A stretch of 64,000 nucleotides of DNA. Origin: Octopus sinensis (taxonomy: Eukaryota). The stretch lies in the NCBI RefSeq assembly GCF_006345805.1, contig NC_043003.1:63426001-63490000 (forward strand). The letters run 5' to 3'. The notes under the pieces are model-generated. The model was not told where the DNA came from, did no database searches, and was given only the letters and a program-made list of their open reading frames with translations. Positions within the stretch are counted from its first letter, which is position 1, and each line of letters starts with the position of its first letter. The position numbers were made by a program, and so were the translations under genes. Positions 23,851-36,935 of the stretch are shown one piece after another.

Positions 23851-24258
23851 TAGAGGAAGAGTTACCCTACGCACATGTGATATTTGAACGCGTTGAGTAT
23901 CAGTTAATAAAAATGTTACGTCCACTTTTGTATTACTTCCGATATAATCCACGTGTATGTACAGGTTTTGTTTTGCCTGTAAACTGCTAAGAATACCATA
24001 TCACTTTGGGTATGCATTCTCACACTGAGCAAAATGTCGGTGGGATCTAACGAAGGACTTGTTTAAACAATTACCTGAGGAGGCACATTTTACTCATTGG
24101 ATAGATCATAAGGATTAGACAGCATCTCATCAATGTACTACAGGTGTAAATATGTGTCGAAACAATTGTAGTAATTTTAAATAGTGTTGTTCATTCCATT
24201 TTCTATCATTTCTCCCCCCCCTCTCTCTCTCGTATATATATATATATATATATATATA

Positions 24259-25546
24259 CACTTGCGTCGGAAATTAATTAGCACTTCTCAAATTTCTACA
24301 TTTTCTTACGTTTTCTTAATTTAATTAATGAACTCGTTTTTAATCAAAAATTTATTAAAACATATCCCAGCACACCACATAATTGTTATTAATCGTGAAA
24401 TTTAGTCAATATCTTGTTGCTCCTCCTTTGGCAGCAATGACAGCTGCTACGCGGGTCGGCATGCTGTCTATGAGTGCCTGCAGGTACTGTGCAAGGATGG
24501 CCCCCCATGCAGCAAGAAGTGCCCCAAACAGCTCGTGTCGGTTCCTGTATTGTTGCACATTCAAATCCCTACCCAATCGACTCCAGAGGTTCTCAATAGG
24601 GTTCAGGTCAGGTGACTGGCCAGGCCAGTCCATGACCGTCACCCCATGGTCCTTGAAGAAACTGGTTGTGAGCTTGGCTGTGTGGGAAGGCGCGTTGTCC
24701 TGCTGGAGCACGTACTCCACCAAAGAGGTATCCCGTACTATCTCAACGTACTTTGCTGCGTTGATGTTGCCTTCGATGGCATAGAGCCGCCCAACATCAC
24801 TGTAGCTGAACGCCCCTCACACCATCAGACCACCCCCACCATGCTTCATGGTGGGAGCAATGCAGCCTTTGTTGAAGCGCTCACCCCTGCGGCGTCGCAC
24901 ATGGACAGGCTTGTCACTGACGAGACTGAATCGCGACTCGTCAGTGAACATCACTGTCCGCCACTGCTGCACGGTCCATGTCTTGTGGGCACGGGCCCAG
25001 AGCAACCACCTCTTCCAGTTATTTTCATTAAAACTATTTATTTGAATAATGTTATGCTATAACAAAACTGCTATGAGCTATTATTCATTAAACAAAAAAG
25101 AAAGAAAGCAGAATTTCTCACCTTATTTGATGTATAACAGAAAGTTTTGTGAACCGGAAGTGACGTCACCAAGCAGAGTGTAGGAGAATTTGTGAGGAAA
25201 AAAAATCTTGCAAATACACGAATCAATTAACCTACGAGCTGTTCAAAACGTCTTACGCGATGAGAAAACTTAGTACGGTGTGATTTCGGTCCTTGCGAGG
25301 CGCTACCTATATCTATTAAACAAAGGAAGATTTGTCTGCATCCGCACTCCAAGTTGTTGTTGCACTGCTATGTCAACATTATTAGGCTGTAGACTCTCAA
25401 ACCGCTCTGCAAACAAAGTTACGTCGTCGTTCTGCGCAACAGTGAACTCGCAACAAAGCAATAGTTCGAGATATGGCCACTAGGTGACAGCAAATACCTT
25501 GAGTGAAGAGCAAATCAAGGGTGCTAATTAATTTCTGACGGTAGTG
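24259..25546 (-). mobile_element. Tc1 (DD34E) element with intact termini and an unrecognisable N-terminal region
   Basis: 26-bp TIRs with 3 mismatches (CACT..CGTC.GAAATTAATTAGCAC) and TA flanks. VMFTDESRF, LQQDNAPSH and SPDLNPIE show 34-residue spacing, with one in-frame TGA at 24817-24819. Confidence 0.92.
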
Positions 25547-25899
25547 TATATATATATTATTTACTATATAAATGCATGTATGGATACAAGACGTCACCAA
25601 CGGTGCCTATAACATGAAATACGTAAACAACGAGAAAAAATGGAAAACAGGACAAGTAAACACAGAGAAAGGACCCTTCATCAGTTGTCAGCTGTCTATC
25701 TACTCTTCATTTCGAGCATTCAACGACAATATGAGACTTCAAAGACAGTTACTCCTATAAATTCTAAAATAAAATTTAGGGTTTATGGAGGATCAAAGTT
25801 GGGAACAAAAACATGACACTGGAGTCGTACAAGGAAACCGAACGAAAACAAACATGGAGGGGCGTTAGACCAGAACGAGTGAAAAATACGGATTCAGAT

Positions 25900-27330
25900 A
25901 GAATCACGTACTTCGAAAGATATGCACCAATACTTATACTCGTATCGGCTGCTCTGTATATCCCAAGCAAAGCTTACATAACCACTATCCTTTCTTTAAA
26001 TTAAGACATAGGGCAGGCAGGACTTGTCTAGCCGCGAAAATCTGGGAACACAAGGACGACAATGTTAAATTTGATTTGAGCTGGTACATCATTAGGGTCA
26101 CTAAACCGTACTCAAACAGCAAATACAGGTTTGAAATTTTAAAGAGATCAAATAGTAAAAATCTAATAAATAATAAACTAGATCTTCGCCTTGCCTCTCT
26201 ATATAAGGCTACCCGTACGTTTAAATATTTTAAGGACATTAAACTACTTCTATAATAGCTCAGTTGTCTGAGTCCTTCTAGTCTCGTTCTTCTCTACAAT
26301 TACTTCCTCACCACTCTTACTATATTGCATGGTATGCTATATTGAAGGAACTAACCATTCTATTTGTGGTGTACCCAGCATTATGCATTAGCAATAGCGA
26401 AAATATCCAACCTAAAAGTAGCAGCCTGCACACCCTTGCCAATTCTTTTCCAATCTCCACTAAGTAATCCTTATACCAAGATATACTTATTTGTGCTGCA
26501 CATGTTAAATAATAGATAGAACACACTATACAAACATCTTATCTGCGACTATTGTCCGGAGTTACATTACCTAATTCACACAACTGTGATTATACTATTT
26601 AATTAAATAATATCAACGCCACCTATGCAACATTCCAAAGTGTTAATCATAAGACTATTCCCTACTGCTAACTTTCTTTGATATCCGATCTGGTATTTCC
26701 TCTAACTTGGTACTAGGTATAGTTTAATAAGTAACCCCTGCTTTCTTTGAACTCCTTAATGATAAGTAGTACACTATTGTTACTACCAGGTATTTCCTCT
26801 CCAGGCAAATATGTCCTCATATTACAAGCGGTCTCCACTATCCCTTATAACACATTCGTATCTAAAACAACACCCTACTTCTTTCCACTTTACCAGATAA
26901 AGCAACTACAATTCCTTAAAAGTTAGATCTTATTATTCGATTGCCTTCGTACCCTTCCCCCAACTTTTGCCCTCTTCCCTTTGTTCTTTAGCCTTAGCTA
27001 GCGAATCCCAAACCCCGACCCTATACCTAATTGACTTTATTTATTCATTTGTGTTTCTTCACTTTTACTTTCTGCTTTCTTTATTCTTTATCCTTACTTT
27101 ATCTTCTGTTCCCTCTCAGCTACCGACTCCTCTAAGCCTAGCATAATAAAATATCACCTACACCCCATCTCTACCCTATCAAAGAACCAGTCTAGCTGAC
27201 TCCTATTTCAGTCGGATTGCTCACCTTAAATATCATATTACACCCGTTCCCAAACTATATTCTCAGCCTAATTCCACCCGCCAATGCCCACAACGGTCAA
27301 TTTTGTTGGTCATTCTCCCATTTCATGGTT
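25900..27330 (-). mobile_element. Highly degraded CR1/L2-like LINE 5' part (ORF1 and start of ORF2)
   Basis: Weak remnants: LDWFFDRV (PHD-like), VVLDTNV.GI...LPGEEI (esterase-like ORF1), IGKELARV and SLKYLNVR (ORF2 start). Confidence 0.4.
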
Positions 27331-27386
27331 AGCCTCGACAAACTTTAGCCTCGTCCCTGCTGTGTTCTTGGGGGTATTCTTTTTGC

Positions 27387-27470
27387 TTCATCTGATGATT
27401 ACGGTTTTTTGTAATGAAGTAATGTTCTTGTTCTTCTATTAAAAAATGTGTAAGAAACAGCTGTAATGAG
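27387..27470 (+). ncRNA. Type I hammerhead-like motif with canonical core and large loop II
   Basis: UUCAU-CUGAUGA-UUACG...UGUAA-GAAAC-AGCU-GUA-AUGAG, with palindromic stem III ACAGCUGU. Confidence 0.55.
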
Positions 27471-27874
27471 CTGACAATTGTCTATCATCTGTTATTATTC
27501 ATTTGATTACACACACACACACACACACATGGGGATGCCACATACATAATGTAGGTGCTGTAGGTGTTAATTATAAAGCTTTCCGACTGCAGTATTTCGT
27601 CCAGGTAAAGTCTCTTTCAGACGTCGAGTGTTAAAAGACACTGAATATGTCAAAGCCAGGTGAAACGAATCACCTCAGAGGTGAACGAGAACTGTGGATA
27701 TCGATATTTCTTGGTGTTAATTCAGCTCATGTATGTATGTTTGTGTGTGTGTGTGGTGTGTGTGTGTGTGTGTGCAATAAATCACTTTAACTGTGAATCA
27801 CGAAGCGGATACAGCTGTAAATAAAGTAATATGTTGTGTTTACAAAATTAATTGGGAGGAAAGTGGACCTAAAG

Positions 27875-28772
27875 CAGTGATCCTCAACGTGGTTCCTAAC
27901 GCCTCTGACGGCCCACGTTATTTTTCCATCACGAAAGTTCCGAACCCCAGTAATGAACTCATTTGCATACAGCCAATCAGAGCTCACATTGACCTTTGTC
28001 AAGTTAACAAACACACTCTATGAAGTAAACTCGACGAAGAACAGCGTTGTAAGTCGACCAATTGCCAAGTTATGTCTGATTTTAGAAGGAGACAAGTAAT
28101 TAGATAGATTTGCATCTCTACCTATTATCGGATTTTGTTAGGGGTCCCATATGGTAAAGATGTAGATGGGGAAAATGTGGGTAGAGGGTGATGTGCTAGC
28201 AATCCTCTCCCCTTATTGTTTTACAAAGTAAACAACAACACAAATAACTACGCAGAGGCAGCCATGGTTGAAACAAGAACAAGAACAACAAGCATTATTA
28301 AAAGAGAATAGAAGCATGGTCATTCCTTACCCAAGTGACCTTATCTTATCGCCCATCACTTGTTATGCGCTCATAAATTAGTTTGATAGTTGAGCTCTGA
28401 TTGGCTGTATGCAAATGAGTTCGTTACTGGGGTCCGGAACTCTTATGAGAAAAAAAAATGGGTTGATGGCCCATGTAAAATTTAAAGGGGTCCGTGCAAC
28501 AAAATAGTAAACTAGGGATCCACAATAGTGTTTTAAGGGCCCCCCCAAAAAATTTTGCTTTATATATATGTATTGTTATGCATTGTGAGAATCAGATAGG
28601 TTTCTTTCTCTAACATTTTACACAAGTTAATGTGTGAAAAATAAAATAGGAATTTTGAAAGAGGTTTCTGTAAAACCAGTTTTTAAACATTAAATGGCTA
28701 TGGGGGTCTACCATAATAAAATCGTAACTAAAGGGGTCTAAAGACAAAAAATAAAGTGGTCGAGAATATCTG
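27875..28772. mobile_element. hAT-type MITE (about 900 bp)
   Basis: CAGTGATCCTCAAC...GTCGAGAATATCTG termini, with flanks ACCTAAAG and GTCTAAAG (6/8). An internal inverted block spans 27925-27985 and 28390-28450. Confidence 0.7.
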
Positions 28773-29364
28773 GTCTAAAGCCACCTGTCGAACTTGAACC
28801 CTCATTTTCTGCATCCATGACTGTCATGCTAACCATTACCCAACCTCCAATGTATACCTGTGTTTGTATGCATGTGTATTTGGACACGAAAGTGTGCATA
28901 AATAAGTGTTCAATATCCGTGTACGGTTTATACCCGAGATGAGAGAATGCTGATCTGTACGTGTGTCGTACCGAAAGCTATAGAACCAAATTATGATTTA
29001 TACCTAGCCTGAACTGCGTAACAATTACCTACTATATATATATCCTCCAGCCCTTTCCTTTCTAACAGAATAAAAGGCGATCCTTCGATATTGGCCTACA
29101 GAGTGACGGTATGAGGAAACGACGACATTGGCTCTCCTTTTCAGCTTAATAATCTAGGTGATGAGGGAAAGAAGGTTCTGTAGCTGAATGGCGTTGTGTA
29201 CCAATACCGAAGAATTGCCGAATAAAAATTTCGTTTAATTAACCGTTATTTAGTCTGTGCTTAGATATCTCTTTAAATCGTGGTAGAAACAAATCTATAA
29301 CAATTATGATAAAATTGATAAAAATGATAATAAAATGCTCTTGAAATATCGAGGACTTTTATTT

Positions 29365-29474
29365 TGTATCGTCAAATCTTGTTCTCTCTCTTTCTTTCTC
29401 TCATTTTCTCTCTTCTCCTCTTCCTCTCCCTCTCTCTTTCGCGCTTTCTCTCTCTCTCTCATTCTCCCCCCCTC

Positions 29475-29567
<93 letters not shown>

Positions 29568-29887
29568 ATCTCTATTTCTATCTCTCTCGCGTGCGCTATC
29601 TCATAGCACACACATATCGCGTGTGTGTGCTTATATGCGTGTGTATGTGTGTATGCATGCCTATACGTATACATGTATGTATGTCATTATTCAGTTTTAT
29701 TTCAAGATTTCTTGTCAATAGAGAAAGAGCCGGTTTCTAACCTAGATCCAAGGCTCCTTCATTGGAATTTCGGCATCAACAACAGGGTATTTTTGTTTGT
29801 TTGTTTGTATGTATGTATGTATGTATGTATGTATGCATGTATGTATGTGTGCGTGAACACATGCAAACGTGTCCACGTGCGAGCGAT

Positions 29888-29967
<80 letters not shown>

Positions 29968-30200
29968 AGCAAGAGAGTGTGTGAATGTGTGTGTGTTCAC
30001 GCGCGCGTCTGCTTACCTGTGTGTGCGCGCGCGCGTGCGTGTGTGTGTGTATGAATCTATGTATATGTGTGAACATGTTCATGCTTGTGTGTGCATGTGT
30101 GTACGCATACGCATGCATATGTATAGTGTGTGTATGTGCATGTGTGTGTGTGTGTGTGTCTGCGTGCGTGTGTGTGTGTGTACATAGTGAGAGAGTAAGA
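29365..30200. repeat. Compound microsatellites (CT)n, (TCTA)n, (TATG)n, (GA)n, (TG)n
   Basis: Directly visible in the sequence. Confidence 0.9.
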
Positions 30201-30839
30201 GAAAGAAAGCGAAAATATGAGAGACTTAGTGTGTATTAAAGTAAAAATGACTGAGTAGAAACGCTCACATTTTAATTAATAAGGTCATTTGCACACGTTT
30301 GTATGTCATTTAGTGGTATATCAATAACAATACAATGAGGAATGTATGTAGGGTTGTGGAAACTACTTTGGAAAACAATGGATTTCTTTCGTTAAAAGCC
30401 ATCTGTTGAAGCTTAATTATATTATCATTGAACTAACATTAACTGTGTCTTTATTTCGTTGATTCTGTTTGTTTTGAAAGTATGGCTAATACGTCATGGT
30501 TTTGTCTGCTAACAATTGCTATAATGAATAAAATTGTTTATATTTACTTGAAAAGCCGCTTTGCTAAATATTTAAATATATTTTAGAATTCCATTCATGT
30601 TTTAGCGAAGGCCGTGGGAAGATGGGAAGTAACTCTTGTTAAACTAACATTTGTTCAAAGAAGTTTCTGTTTCGCCGGATTAAAATTACAGATATAGGTA
30701 ATGTGAGCGGCTAGTAATACATGTTTAAGCATCTCTAAATAAATAAAATCTAAATCTAACAGGATTAACTGAAATTATTTCCTTGCATCAGAAGATTTAC
30801 TTGTCGTCTATCCATTTATTTATTTTACTAAAAGAATGT

Positions 30840-31315
30840 GAAGCTCCCTTCCTAACCATGTGGTTTTGTATCCAGCCCCTCTGTATAGCACCTTGGGCAG
30901 GTTTCTTCTGCAGTAGCCGAGGGCCAACTAAAGCCTTGTGAGAGGATTTGGCTGACAAAAACTTAAAACCCTGTGGTATATATGCGTGTGTGTGTATAAA
31001 TATATACACATACATATATACATAACGGGCACTCCGTCGGTTGCGACGACGAGGGTCCCAGTTTATCCGATCAACGGAACATCCTGCTTTGAAATTAACG
31101 TGCAGCTGGATGAGCATTTCACAGACAAGTCTACCCTTCACGTAGTTCTGAGGGAGATTCAGTGTGACTGAGTGTGACAAGGTACTACTCATTTTTGCAA
31201 GCTTGGTGGACTGGAGCAACGTGAAAATAAGGTATCTTAATCAAGGACACAACCTGTCGCCAGGAATTGAACTCACGACCTTACGATCGAGAACTGAGTA
31301 TCATAACCACTAGGT
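30840..31315. mobile_element. Cluster of SINE fragments (family B head, family C body and head)
   Basis: Matches to 12826-12980 and to 55170-55330. Confidence 0.65.
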
Positions 31316-31324
31316 CACTCACTT

Positions 31325-31645
31325 TCCCATACATACATACATACATACATACAACATACATACATACATACATACGTACGTACATATACACGCACATACA
31401 TACATACATATACACACACATACGTGCATACATACATATACACACAAACGCATACATACATACGTACGTACGTACATATACACGCACATACATACATACA
31501 TATACACACACATACGTGCATACATACATATACACACAAACGCATACATACATACATACATACATACATACATACATACATACATACATACATACATACA
31601 TACATACATACATACATACATACATACATACATACACACACATAC
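31325..31645. repeat. (TACA)n-rich microsatellite
   Basis: Directly visible in the sequence. Confidence 0.95.
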
Positions 31646-31799
31646 ATGATGACTGCCACTTCTTTACCGAAGACGTCCATCTCTTCAATTACTAAATGCT
31701 GTCATGAGATCTTATATGACTACAAAGTGCTGCTCTTGACAAACAAATTCTATTGCAGATCTTACAAATATTTTAAAGCAGAATAGTGTCTGGGATTGT

Positions 31800-31968
31800 A
31801 GTTAAGTCCTGTCTACGAAGTGCTCGTTTCAAGATAGATTGTTCAATTCATTGAGCTTCAAATGTTTTACATCTATTGTAGATCATTTGTTTCCAAACCG
31901 GTTGATCTTGCGTCATCTGCTCCCAGTCTTCATCTTTCAGATTAAGAGCCTTAAGGTTGCTTTTGACA
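31800..31968 (-). mobile_element. RTE-type LINE C-terminal fragment
   Basis: AVKSNLKALNLKDEDWEQMTQDQPVWKQMIYNRCKTFE. Confidence 0.6.
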
Positions 31969-31971
31969 GCA

Positions 31972-32000
<29 letters not shown>

Positions 32001-32002
<2 letters not shown>

Positions 32003-32313
32003 TCAAATTCATATTCATAGCAATAATAATTGGAGCACTAGGTTTTGTTAGTAAATGCCTAAAGGAGAATCTGGATAAACTGGGATTCTCAGAAAGAGAA
32101 ATCGACCGGCTGATTCGTACATTACAAGTGCAATCTGTGAGTGGAACAGTAAAAATATGCAAGACTCTTTTCAAATTCCAAATGTGAATTTGTTTGTGTT
32201 AACTACATCCCAAAGATGGAGCCTTGTATCTTAGTTGGAAACTGGCTCCCGCCTCAGAGGAAGATTCATAATAATTAAGAAATAGAAGATACATACATAC
32301 ATACATACATACA

Positions 32314-32344
<31 letters not shown>

Positions 32345-32643
32345 TCAAATTCATATTCATAGCAATAATAATTGGAGCACTAGGTTTTGTTAGTAAATGC
32401 CTAAAGGAGAATCTGGATAAACTGGGATTCTCAGAAAGAGAAATCGACCGGCTGATTCGTACATTACAAGTGCAATCTGTGAGTGGAACAGTAAAGATAT
32501 GCAAGACTCTTTTCAAATTCCAAATGTGAATTTGTTTGTGTTAACTACATCCCAAAGATGGAGCCTTGTATCTTAGTTGGAAACTGGCTCCCGCCTCAGA
32601 GGAAGATTCATAATAATTAAGAAATAGAAGATACATACATACA

Positions 32644-32674
<31 letters not shown>

Positions 32675-33665
32675 TCAAATTCATATTCATAGCAATAATA
32701 ATTGGAGCACTAGGTTTTGTTAGTAAATGCCTAAAGGAGAATCTGGATAAACTGGGATTCTCAGAAAGAGAAATCGACCGGCTGATTCGTACATTACAAG
32801 TGCAATCTGTGAGTGGAACAGTAAAGATATGCAAGACTCTTTTCAAATTCCAAATGTGAATTTGTTTGTGTTAACTACATCCCAAAGATGGAGCCTTGTA
32901 TCTTAGTTGGAAACTGGCTCCCGCCTCAGAGGAAGATTCATAATAATTAAAAAATAGAAGATACATACATACATACATACATACATACATACATACATAC
33001 ATACATACAACATACATACATACATATTCAAATTCATATTCATAGCAATAATAATTGGAGCACTAGGTTTTGTTAGTAAATGCCTAAAGGAGAATCTGGA
33101 TAAACTGGGATTCTCAGAAAGAGAAATCGACCGGCTGATTCGTACATTACAAGTGCAATCTGTGAGTGGAACAGTAAAGATATGCAAGACTCTTTTCAAA
33201 TTCCAAATGTGAATTTGTTGTGTTAACTACATCCCAAAGATGGAGCCTTGTATCTTAGTTGGAAACTGGCTCCCGCCTCAGAGGAAGATTCATAATAATT
33301 AAAAAATAGAAGATACATACATACATACATACATACATACATACATACATAAATACATACATACATATGAATTCATATTCATACCAATAATAATTGGAGC
33401 TCTAGGTTTTGTTAGTAAAAACCTAAAGGAGAATCTGGATAAACTGGGATTTTCAGAAAGAGAAATTGACTGACTGATTCGTACATTACAAGTGCAATTT
33501 GTGAATGGTAAAATAAAAATATGCAAGACTTTTCTGAAGTTTCAAATGTGAATTTGTGTGTGTTAACTACATCCCAAAGATGGAGCCTTGTATCTTTGTC
33601 GGAAACCAGCTCCCTCCTCAGTGGAAGATTCATAATAACTGCAAAAGTAGAAGAGACATACTTAC
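32001..33665 (+). mobile_element. Tandem array of five short R4/Dong-like (restriction-like endonuclease clade) 3' ends separated by (TACA)n
   Basis: Units start at about 32001, 32343, 32673, 33026 and 33366. Each encodes FIAIIIGALGFVSKCLKENLDKLGFSEREIDRLIRTLQVQSVSGTVKICKTLFKFQM* plus a 3' UTR. The first four are nearly identical and the fifth is diverged. Confidence 0.75.
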
Positions 33666-33699
33666 ATGTATACCATCATCATCATCATCATCAACATCA

Positions 33700-34250
33700 T
33701 CAACAACACTTAACGTCTGTTTTCTATGCTGGCATGGGTTGGATGGTTTGACCATATCAGGCCAGGTGAAGAGATGTCCAGGCTCCATGTCTGTTCTAAC
33801 CTGGTTTCAATGGCTTGATGTCCTTCCTAATGCCAACCACTTTACAGAATGTACTGAGTGCTCTTATGCAGTGATGGCATGGGTGCATTTACATGGCACC
33901 AGTACAGATGCCTTTTACGTGACACCAGCACCCATGAGCCTGCACGATTAGGAGTACTCAGCTAAAGAAGGGGTCATGCCAGTATACAAAGGCAACCCCG
34001 CTTTTACTTAGCTTGACATGTCTTCTCAAGCACAGCAAACTACCAGGAGGCTCACTCCCCTGTCACAGGTGTGGTCCCAGGAATTTTCTAAAGGGAGGGT
34101 GCAAGGTCAGAAGGGAATACAATTCTAGGAGAAAAGGGCATAATAACAATATCCATACACTTCTATTCTTGAGTGAGGCACATACCTCTCAGGTCCACCT
34201 CTTTAGGCCAACCCCTGTGTCCTCTGTGAGGTCCAATGTCTGAAGATCCT
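33700..34250 (-). mobile_element. RTE LINE 3' UTR/tail fragment
   Basis: Reverse complement of CCAACCCATGCCAGCAT...AAAACAGACGTTAA+(TGA)n, as at 54800-54858. Confidence 0.7.
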
Positions 34251-34908
34251 TTCTCACCAATATATATATATATATATATATCTTTTATCATTTACCTTTT
34301 ACTTGTTTCAGTCACTAGACTGTGGCCATGCTGGGGCACCTCTTCGAACTTTTAGTTAAATGAATGAATCAACCCCAATACTTCTTCTGCAAGCCTGTAC
34401 TTATTCTATCAGTCTCTTCTTCAGCTGCTCCTGATTTGACTACTCCGTGTTTCGAAGGTAAGGGCAAGACGTGACTTCATTGAAACAGTCCTTCCCAGCA
34501 AAGCAAATTAAATAAAATTTGAGATTTTTTGCGGAGGGTTAAAAGTGGTGACAAGAACAGGACAGTAAAAACAAAACAAGACAGTTAAAGCAATACAAAC
34601 AAAAACAGTAAAAGACAGGACAAGGAGAATAACACAGTAAAAACAAACGATGGGAATGTTCCTTGTGTTGTATGTCTTGTACTCTGTTTTTTCATTGTTT
34701 GAAATAGTCCGTTCCATGTTTTTGTTTTTATGTTTTCGTTTCTCGTTGTGTTCTATATTTTTTTGGCGTCCTGTACCCATATATGCATGTATATATACAT
34801 ATAGATGTAGGTATGTACATATATGCATGTATGTATGCATATGTTTTATTTATTAATTTGATATTATATGATCAAACGCCACGCATCCACTTCAAAGTAA
34901 GTTTTTTT

Positions 34909-34997
<89 letters not shown>

Positions 34998-35063
34998 TAG
35001 ATAGATAGATAGATGGATGGATGGATGGATGGATGGATGGATGGATGGATGGATGGATGGATG

Positions 35064-35119
<56 letters not shown>

Positions 35120-35129
35120 TAAAATTTTA

Positions 35130-35378
35130 CAGAGTTAATTCTATTTCAATTTTAAGCGAATTAATGTCAAACTGATGATATATTATCAGATATAGTCAGA
35201 CAAAATATTTATTCAGTTCTTTAGGCAAGAGAAAAACACGAAATAAGTTAGTGTTACAAAGTTCAGATTAGGTTTAGGTTTTTGGTGCTATGGTTTTTGA
35301 AGTTGACACACATACAGATAGTGACAGCTCAGCACTTCGTTGCCTGCAGTATAAACAATAGACAGAATGGGAGTGCAA
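35130..35378. repeat. Second copy of the 17104-17354 repeat
   Basis: Direct sequence match. Confidence 0.85.
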
Positions 35379-35956
35379 AAATATCTTAGTTCTTAGATCC
35401 TCCAGTGCCTTCTCCAAACACCATAGTTGCTCACCTTCCTCTTGGTTCCACTCAGGCTAACTCCCAACACTTATCATGTCATCCCAGAACATACTGTGCC
35501 ATTTCTTCCATTTTCTTTGGTTTTCTCCTTGATGTCCCTTCCATTTCCTGGCCTTCACTCTTTTACGAGGTTAGCATCTCTTTCCAGTGATGTACATGAT
35601 CAGTAAACCATGCATAAATACATACATACATACATACATACATACATAAGGATTATAATTTTTTATGACTTAATAGAGTTGTCACTGTTTAGTTACGTAT
35701 TTAGGAGTTGGTTGTAATTTACTTATGGAATTTATTCATCGATACGTTTGTACATTGGGTAAATGTGTTTGAAAGTTGTGGTTTCTTTGGTTTGTTTGTT
35801 CCCAAACAACACTTATCTTAGTGCTGTTGGCACCACCGGATTGAATGGTGCCGCCCAGGTGTCGAAACCATAATGATACCCATGGGGCAGCTGATGATGG
35901 AGGCATGTTGGATTGTTGGTATGGCTGTGAAATATTGTTATAACACATCCTTTTGA

Positions 35957-36040
<84 letters not shown>

Positions 36041-36702
36041 CATACACATGCCGTGCATATTTATGTTTGTGTGTGAATGTGTGTGTGTGTATGGGTGTAC
36101 ATGCGTGTGTGTGCACACACTTTTGTCATTGCATTTGGTGATGGTTGCAAACAAGTGCCAACACCATAAAGACCATGTTTTTTTTTTTTTTTTCCAGTCT
36201 TCAAGGCTAATCATAACTTGGCCATATGGAAATATTACCTTACTTGGAAACAGCTGAAAGCTGGGTAACAAGAAGAGTATCTGACTGTTAAAAGTCTGCC
36301 TGAACAAGTTACATCTGACTCATACAGCCATGAAAAAGGGGACATTAAGCAATGGTCATAATGAAGAAGAGGAGGAGACAAAGGAGGCACAGAAAAGTGT
36401 TGAAAGAAAAATGTGATATCAAAAATAACTGAACATTTTACCAGTCATAATCACCAGATGGAACTACTATAGATCAGCTCGTCTGCATGAAATAGCAGAC
36501 AAATTTCCTCAAATCACATCCTGTCATTTTAAAATAAGAAGAGCACATTAAATCAGTGGTTTGAATAAATTTTAAGATTTAGGAAAAATAAAGAAAACAA
36601 TTGTAACACCTTGAGTAAATGTTCTCTATTGTAGCCTCGGTTCAACCAATGTCTTGTGAGTGAATTTGGTAGATGGAAACTGTATGGAATCCCATCATAT
36701 AC

Positions 36703-36935
36703 ATTTCTTTATTGCCCACAGGGTGTTAAACATAGAGGGGACAAACAAGGACAGACAAAGGGATTAAGTCATTTTACATCGACCCCAGTGTGTAACTGGT
36801 ATTTATTTAATCGACCCCCGAAAGGATGAAAATCAAAGTTGACATCAGGGGAATTTGAACTCAGAACATAGCGGCAGAGGAAATACCACTAAGCACTTCA
36901 CCCAGCATGCTAACAATTCTGCCAGCTTGCCGCCT
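36703..36935 (-). mobile_element. SINE family A, full length
   Basis: Family A head, body and tail. Confidence 0.85.

Noticed and set aside
25670-25720. CTGATGA and CGAAA motifs on the minus strand (also near 21185-21220) as a hammerhead
   Set aside because: The order is permuted, and no stem I or UH cleavage triplet can be formed between them.
29069-29108. 40-nt plus-strand exon candidate (CTAACAG| ... ACG|GTATGA) and the downstream LNNLGDEGKKVL LRR-like peptide
   Set aside because: The segment resembles a decayed SINE family A tail (compare 18380-18420), and the LRR-like frame is bounded by stops with no good donor.
30587-30697. 111-nt segment between TTTTAG and GTAATG
   Set aside because: All three frames contain a stop and no homology was recognised. 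At most it is non-coding.
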